A DNA stretch of 64,000 nt from Squalus acanthias. Its lineage: Eukaryota. The translations under genes were made by a program, and so were the position numbers. The stretch lies in NCBI GenBank assembly GCA_030390025.1, contig CM059432.1, positions 107,324,001 through 107,388,000 of the forward strand. The letters are read 5' to 3'. This document shows positions 57,990 through 64,000 of this stretch, one piece after another (the stretch's first letter is position 1; each line of letters begins with the position of its first letter). Under the pieces are notes generated by a model. It did no database searches. It was not told the origin of the DNA and was given only the letters and a program-made list of their open reading frames with translations.

Positions 57990-58855
57990 GCTTCACAGAG
58001 GCCTAAGGAAATGGACTCTGAGCCAAGGAAGGAGATATTTGCAAGAGGCGGCTGACATTTCTTCTTCAAAACCGACCTTAACGGTTGCGCTAAAGGTTCC
58101 AATTTCTAGGCCCTGGCTGACTGAAAGCATGGCCGCCAATGGTGGGACGAAGGGAGGGAGGAATGCAAAAAAGGCCAGAGTCAGAGGAATGGAGAGTTTG
58201 GGACGGGTTTTAGGGCTGGAGGAGATTGCAGAGATAGGGAGGGGTGAGGCCATGAAGGGATTTAAACACAAGGATGAGAATTTTAAACTTGAGGGGTCAG
58301 TGGACCGGGAGCCAATATAGGTCAGCGAGCACAGGGGTGATGGGTGAATGGGACTTGGTACGAGTTAGAATATGGGCAGCAGAGTTTTGGATGAGCTGAA
58401 TGAGGTGGAAAATAGGAGGCTGAATAGGAGAGCATTGCAATAGTCGAGTCTGGGGTTAACACAATGAGGGTTTCAGGCAGGGGCGGAGGCCGGCGATGTA
58501 ACAGCGATAGAAGTAGGTGGTCTTTGTGATGAGTTACGAGGTCAGAAGCTCAGCTCATGATCGAATAGTATGCTGGGATTGTGAACAGTATGGTTCAGCC
58601 TAAGACAGCAACCGGTGAGGGAAATGGAATTGGTTCCAAAGATATGGAGTTTGTGGCTTCAGTCTTCCCGATGTTTAGCTGGAAGAAATTGCGGTTCATT
58701 CAAGACAGGATGTCTGAGAAGCAGTCTGACAGCGCAGAGGCAGTGGAGGGGTTGAGAGAGGTGGTGGGAAGGTAGAGGTGGGTGTCATCAGTGCACGTGT
58801 GGAAGCTGACCCCATATCTGCAGATAATATTGCCAAGGGGCAGCATGTAGATGGT
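57990..58855 (-). mobile_element. Degenerate L2 LINE fragment containing a small TIR remnant (~58040-58112)
   Basis: Similar to 37240-37955; aatttctaggcc near 58101-58112. Confidence 0.75.
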
Positions 58856-58999
58856 ATGTTCACAGATTTTTCAGGACATTTAATCCCAAAGTAACACCAT
58901 GTAGACTCTGTAGCTGTATCCTTGTATTAATGATCTAATAGTGGAAATATCTCCTTCTACTCTTGTATGACACCGACACCGAAAATGCTGCACCATTCA

Positions 59000-61065
59000 T
59001 ATAGAATCAGAGAGGTTTACGGCACAGGAGGAGGCCATTCAGCCCATCGTGTCTGTGCCGGCTGAAAAAGAGCTATCCAGCCTAATCCCACTTTCCAGCT
59101 CTTGGTCCGTAGCCTTGTAGGTTACGGCACTTTGAGTGCATATCCAAGTACTTTTTAAATGCCTCTACCACTCTTTCAGGTAATGAGTTCCAGATCCCCA
59201 CCACCCTCTGAATGAAAACATTTCTCCTCAACTCCTCTCTAAGCCTTCTACCAATTGCTTTAAATCTATGCCCCCTGGTTATTGACCTCTCTGCTAAGGG
59301 AAACAGGTCCTTCCTATCCATTCTATCTAGGCTCCTCATAGTTTAAAACACTTTAACTGAATCTCCTCTGTTCCAAAGAAAACAACCTCAGCCTATCCAA
59401 TCTTTCCTCATAGTAAAAATTCTCAGTCCTGGCAACATCCTTGTAAATCTCCTCTGTACTCTCTCTCTCGAGCACAATCATATCTTTCCTGAAATGTGGT
59501 GACCATAACTGTACGCAGTTCTAGCATAACCTCCCTGCTCTTATATTCTATGCCTCGGCTATTAAAGGAAAGCATTCTGTATGCTTTCTTAACCACCTTA
59601 TCTACCTGTCCTGCTACCTTCAGGGATCTGTGGACATGCATTCCAAGGTCCCTCTGTTCCTCTACACTTCTCAGAATCCTACCATTTATTGTGTATTCCC
59701 TTGACTTGTTAGCCCTCCCCAAATGCATTACCTCATACATCTCCGGATTGAATTCCATTTGCCACTTTTCTGCCCACCTGACCAGTCCATTGATATCTTC
59801 CTGCAGTCTATAGCTTTCTTCCACACGGCCAATTTTTGTATTATCTACAAACTTCTTAATCATTCCCCCTACATTGAAGTCGAAATCATTGATATGTACC
59901 ACAAAAAGCAAGGGACCTAGTACTGAGCCCTACGGAACCCCACTGGAAACAGCCTTCTGGTCACAAAAACACCCATCGACCATAACCCTTTGCTTCCTGC
60001 CACTGAGCCAATTTTGGATCCAACTTGCCACTTTGCCTGACCAGTCTGCCGTGTGGGACCTTGTCAAAAGCATTGCTAAAATCCATGTAGACTACATCAA
60101 ATACGCTACCCTCAATGACCATCCTTGTTACCTTCTCAAAAAATTCAATCAAGTTAGTCAGACATGACCTTCTCTTAACAAATCCATGCTGACGTTCCTC
60201 GATTAATCCGTGCCTTTCTAAATGACGATTAATATTGTCCCTCAGAATTTTTCCAATAATTTTCCCACCAGCGAGGTTAGGCTGACTGGCCTGTAATTAC
60301 TCGGTCTATCCCTTTCTCCCTTCTTAAACAATGGTACAACGTTAGCAGTCCTCCAGTCCTCTGGCACCCCACCTGTAGCCAGAGAGGATTGAAAAATGAT
60401 GGTCAGAGCCTCTGCTATTTCCTCCCTTGTTTCTCTTAACAACCTGGGATACATTTCAACCGGGCCTGGCGATTTATCTACTTTCAAAGATGCTAAACCC
60501 TTTAAAATTTTCTCTCTCAATGTTTATCTCATCTAATATTTCACACTCCTCCTCGACTGCAGCGTCTACATCGGCCCCCCCCTCTTTTGTGAAGACAAAC
60601 GCAAAGTATTCATTAAGAACCATACCCATGTCTTCCGCCTCCACACACAGATGACCTTTTTGGTCTCTAATCGGCCCTACTCTTTCCTTAGTTATCCTCT
60701 TGCTCTTTATGTATTTATAAAACATCTTTGGGTTTTCCTTGATTTTACTTGCCAATATTTTTTCATGCCCTCTCTTTGCTTTCCTAATTTCCTTTTTAAT
60801 TTCACCCCAAGCACTTTCTATACTCCTCTAGGCTTTCTGTGGTATTGAGCTCTCAGGATCTGACAAAAACTTCCTTTTTTTTCCTTATCCTAGCCTGTAT
60901 GCCCCTTGACATCCAGGGGGCTCTAGATTTGGGAACATATTTGCTTTGAACCCTCACAATTCCCTCACTGCCTCCCACTGCACTGACACTGATTTACCTT
61001 CAAGTAGCTGTTTCCAGTCCATTTTGCTAAATCGCATCACATTTTAGTAAAATTGGCTTTTCCCC
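59000..61065 (-). mobile_element. CR1 LINE ORF2 fragment with frameshifts
   Basis: ORFs 59082..59339, 59423..59911, 59961..60152, 60242..60520 and 60474..60755 (NYRPVSLTS, AFDKVPH). Confidence 0.92.
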
Positions 61066-61980
61066 GGCCTGTGTTCTGGTGATTTATTGTTGGTCGGCCA
61101 TGCTGCTGATGCGTGTGCAAGCCCTTCACCATGTTCAAGGGCCTCCAATTGAAGCTGTACCTATCTTCAGGGTTTCCATTTGCTTAATATGGAGTGCACT
61201 CTGTAGGGATGCACCCCACTTACCCGTCCAGACATTCTCAGGCACAGGATGGTCAAGCCTTAGGAACCCCCAAGTATGCATAATTGTACCACTGGAGTTT
61301 AACCAGCTAAAACCACACAGCTTGTCAGCATAAAACACTGTAAGCTTCCTGCTGATTGTCCATTCAGGGCTACTCTACCTCTTAGGCTATTGGTTTAGCA
61401 GGAGCTGAATGGGAAGATCCCAGCTCTCAATGGCAGGATACTGCTCCGGGTTCTGTTAGTGGACCAGGTGGTTGATTGATTATCAACGGTGCCCGGGAGT
61501 GCCGCGGGCCTGCTTTTAGTTCAGGTATAGGGTCACCCCAAGTATGCCACGGAGGCCTGACTTTTTTCAGAACTGCCATCGCCAGGCATGCCTTCGTGGA
61601 GGCACCTCAATCCCAAAGAGACTCTGCCCATCTTGTCCCCAAGGAGAATGATCACTCATTGGTCAATAGGCAACTGACAAGCGTGGGTTTGAGGCCTAAG
61701 TTATGGACAATAAGTACTGGTCTGAGCACAGTGATTGATTATGTTACTTTTTGGTTGGTGCCACTGCAGCATGACCTCCTTCTCCCCTTCAGCACTGGCA
61801 TTTCCCCAATTGTTGGCAGGAATCCTGCCGGGAGCCTGGCTGTGTGCCAAATGAGCCCCAACCCAGGAAAATAGGTCAGGGCAAGGCGGAGTTAGAGGGG
61901 AAGGACCGTCCTCACCGCTACTCCACCCCAAAGAGGAGAATCCCGCCCAATACATCTTACATCAGTTTCCTATATTCCTT

Positions 61981-64000
61981 GGCCTAGAAATTCGACTGCG
62001 ACACGAAAGTTGCCGGTGTCACCGCTTCCACGGGTTAACTGCCGCCGAAAACGGTTGTGCCAGTAGGAGAGAAAAATTCGCACTGTGGGACTAAAGATTA
62101 TTAGCCCAGTGCTAAACTGACCATGTAACACCCTCCTGGTGGCATTAGTCCAGGCATCAGTCCCAAATGAGGCATCCAGAAGCAGCATTGCATATTCCAA
62201 CAGCCTCTGGAAGCAAGGCTATGATTTCACTAGGCATTGTGGGATATTAAAAGAGCAATGCATTGTCGTTTGCTTAAAATGGCAATGCCTTCTGAACTGA
62301 TAAAAATAAAAATTAAGTTAAAAAATGCAGTTGTCAGCCCTTACAGCTCTACTGCCTTTAAAAAAAAAATTAGCATTTGAAAAAACATTCCCAAATGGGA
62401 GCCTTCAGCTCTTAAAGCTATATTCCCTTCCGCACCTCAAAAAATGGGGAAAGTGCTACAGCACAAACACAAATGGCTTAGAAAGCCAGAGAAGGGGCAC
62501 CCAGGGTCTTAGACGCAGTACTCCACAGCTTTGTGCAGGGGGTCAACACTGCAAGAGAGGTCCTCTGCCAGCAGTGTCGCCCCCACCACCTGGCTCCAGT
62601 GCCCAAAGAAGCTTCATGACCTCAGACCAGTGGTCAAGGTCAGTGAATGCATCTTCAAAAGCCGTCTCCTACCAACTGAATCACTAGCCTCACACACTGC
62701 TCAAAGCACCACACCCCCATCACTCACCTACCAACAATCTGTACCAAACACGAGGCACACCTCACCCCCTTGGAGGAGACGGTGCTGACCATTCTTGGCA
62801 GGGGCATGGCTGAGCCCTTGGCCAGCGGCGGGGCTGAAAGGATACAAGATGCCGCTATCCTCATACGTTATCCTCCTTCTCGCATGCACCTCTTGCTTTC
62901 CCACCCTCCCTTCACCACAACTCCACCTTTGTGCCTTCCTCATTTCACACACCTAAGAAATGCAGCCTGTCCAGCCCGTGGTTGACCAAGAGGGAGAGGA
63001 GAGTGAAGAAGAAGAAACACCGTCACTCAATTTCACATTCCCAGCCACCAGCTCTTCAAGGTCAACCAGCAAGGCCATTTGCAGTGTCCCCCACTGAAAA
63101 TCAGCAGCCTTCCACCAGCCATGCTGCAGCAACTGGGGTAGCACTGCGTGACATCGCTTGGATAGGCAAAGGCACACACAAGACAGTCACTAAGAGAATG
63201 CATAAGGGTGATAAGTTGATTCCTTGATGTTATATTGGATGGATAGATGTATAAAGTTGGATTGAAAAGTTTGCTTTGTGGTGGCTTTTATTTCAGCATT
63301 GTGGCCAAGAGGATGATGTGATGGTCAGTAAAAGAGGGAAGGTAAGGTGTGGGACAAATGTTGAAAGAGGAATTAGGGTTGTGGTCACTGGTACCGCAGG
63401 CGGATGATTCCATCCCGGATATCCCAGCCAGAAAGGGGCTGTCTGGGTTGCATCCTTCCTTCTTCCTCTTCTGCTTCTTCCTGTTCTGCGTCTTCCTCTT
63501 CCCTCTGTGAGCGGATGCTGTGAATCTGAAATAAAAGCATAAAATGCTGGAAATACTCAGCAGGTCAGGCAGCATCTTGACCTGAGACGTGAACTCTGTT
63601 TCTCTCTCTCGACGGATGTTGCCTGACCTGCTGAGTATTTCCAGCATTTTCCGTCTTCTCAGAGGCCTTCCTTTACCATCCGAGGCCTTGCAAGCATCCA
63701 GCAACATTCTTTGCCCTCCCTGCACACTTAAAAAACTTTTAACATGTATTGCAGCAAGCCACTATTTCAATAAAATCAAAAAAACAATCCAAAAGCTTAA
63801 ATGAAAACTTAGCTGAAAGGTATGTGTGTCCCTTTAAGAGGTGCTGACAACGCCACTGTGAGTCTGCTGAACGCTGTGTTTTCATGGTGAACTTAGGACC
63901 CAGTGTTGAACTCAGCACTAAGGTCCAAGTTTGCCGAGGTGACGTTAAGTCGGTGTTTTACGTCGACTGACGTCACCCTCTCCCTAATTTAAATTCCAAC
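61981..64000 (+). mobile_element. Non-autonomous PIF/Harbinger element related to 22374-24396, running off the window end
   Basis: Starts ggcctagaaattcg; Myb remnant SSVAPTTWLQCPKKLHDLRPVVKVSEC; long colinear similarity to ~22660-24230. Confidence 0.82.
63513..63655. mobile_element. Inverted pair of Penelope pLTR fragments inside the Harbinger copy
   Basis: 36-bp inverted repeat 63541-63576 / 63615-63650 (1 mismatch); same pLTR family as 10421 and 52410. Confidence 0.8.

Noticed and set aside
56864..64000. Further upstream collagen exons
   Set aside because: No Gly-X-Y segment with splice sites found by eye; a short non-collagenous exon could have been missed.

Overview
Eukaryotic DNA, almost certainly from a shark or other cartilaginous fish, judged from HE1-like V-SINE, DeuSINE/SacSINE1-like and CR1/L2 repeats. 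The window is the middle of a multiplexin collagen gene on the minus strand, most likely COL15A1 (COL18A1 is the alternative). I reconstructed 15 GT-AG, all phase-0 exons between 56863 and 4232 (1131 nt, 377 aa): interrupted Gly-X-Y with Ser-Gly GAG-attachment motifs. The gene's 5' and 3' ends lie outside the window. The introns are dense with transposons: CR1 and L2 LINEs (one near-complete CR1 ORF2 interrupted by an HE1-like SINE), tRNA-derived SINEs, Harbinger-type elements with Myb/SANT remnants and MITEs, a hAT MITE, a Tigger-like MITE and Penelope-like insertions. Most notable observations: several TSD-flanked Penelope-type mini-insertions carrying minimal hammerhead ribozyme motifs (two with intact cores), a 122-bp target duplication around an L2, a SINE-headed LINE alongside its short SINE relatives, a 70-bp MITE apparently formed by microhomology deletion, an unexplained gap-free 181-bp duplicated segment, and in-register Gly substitutions in the collagen. 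Family names come from recalled sequence motifs, not database searches, and repeat boundaries are approximate unless TSDs or TIRs are quoted.
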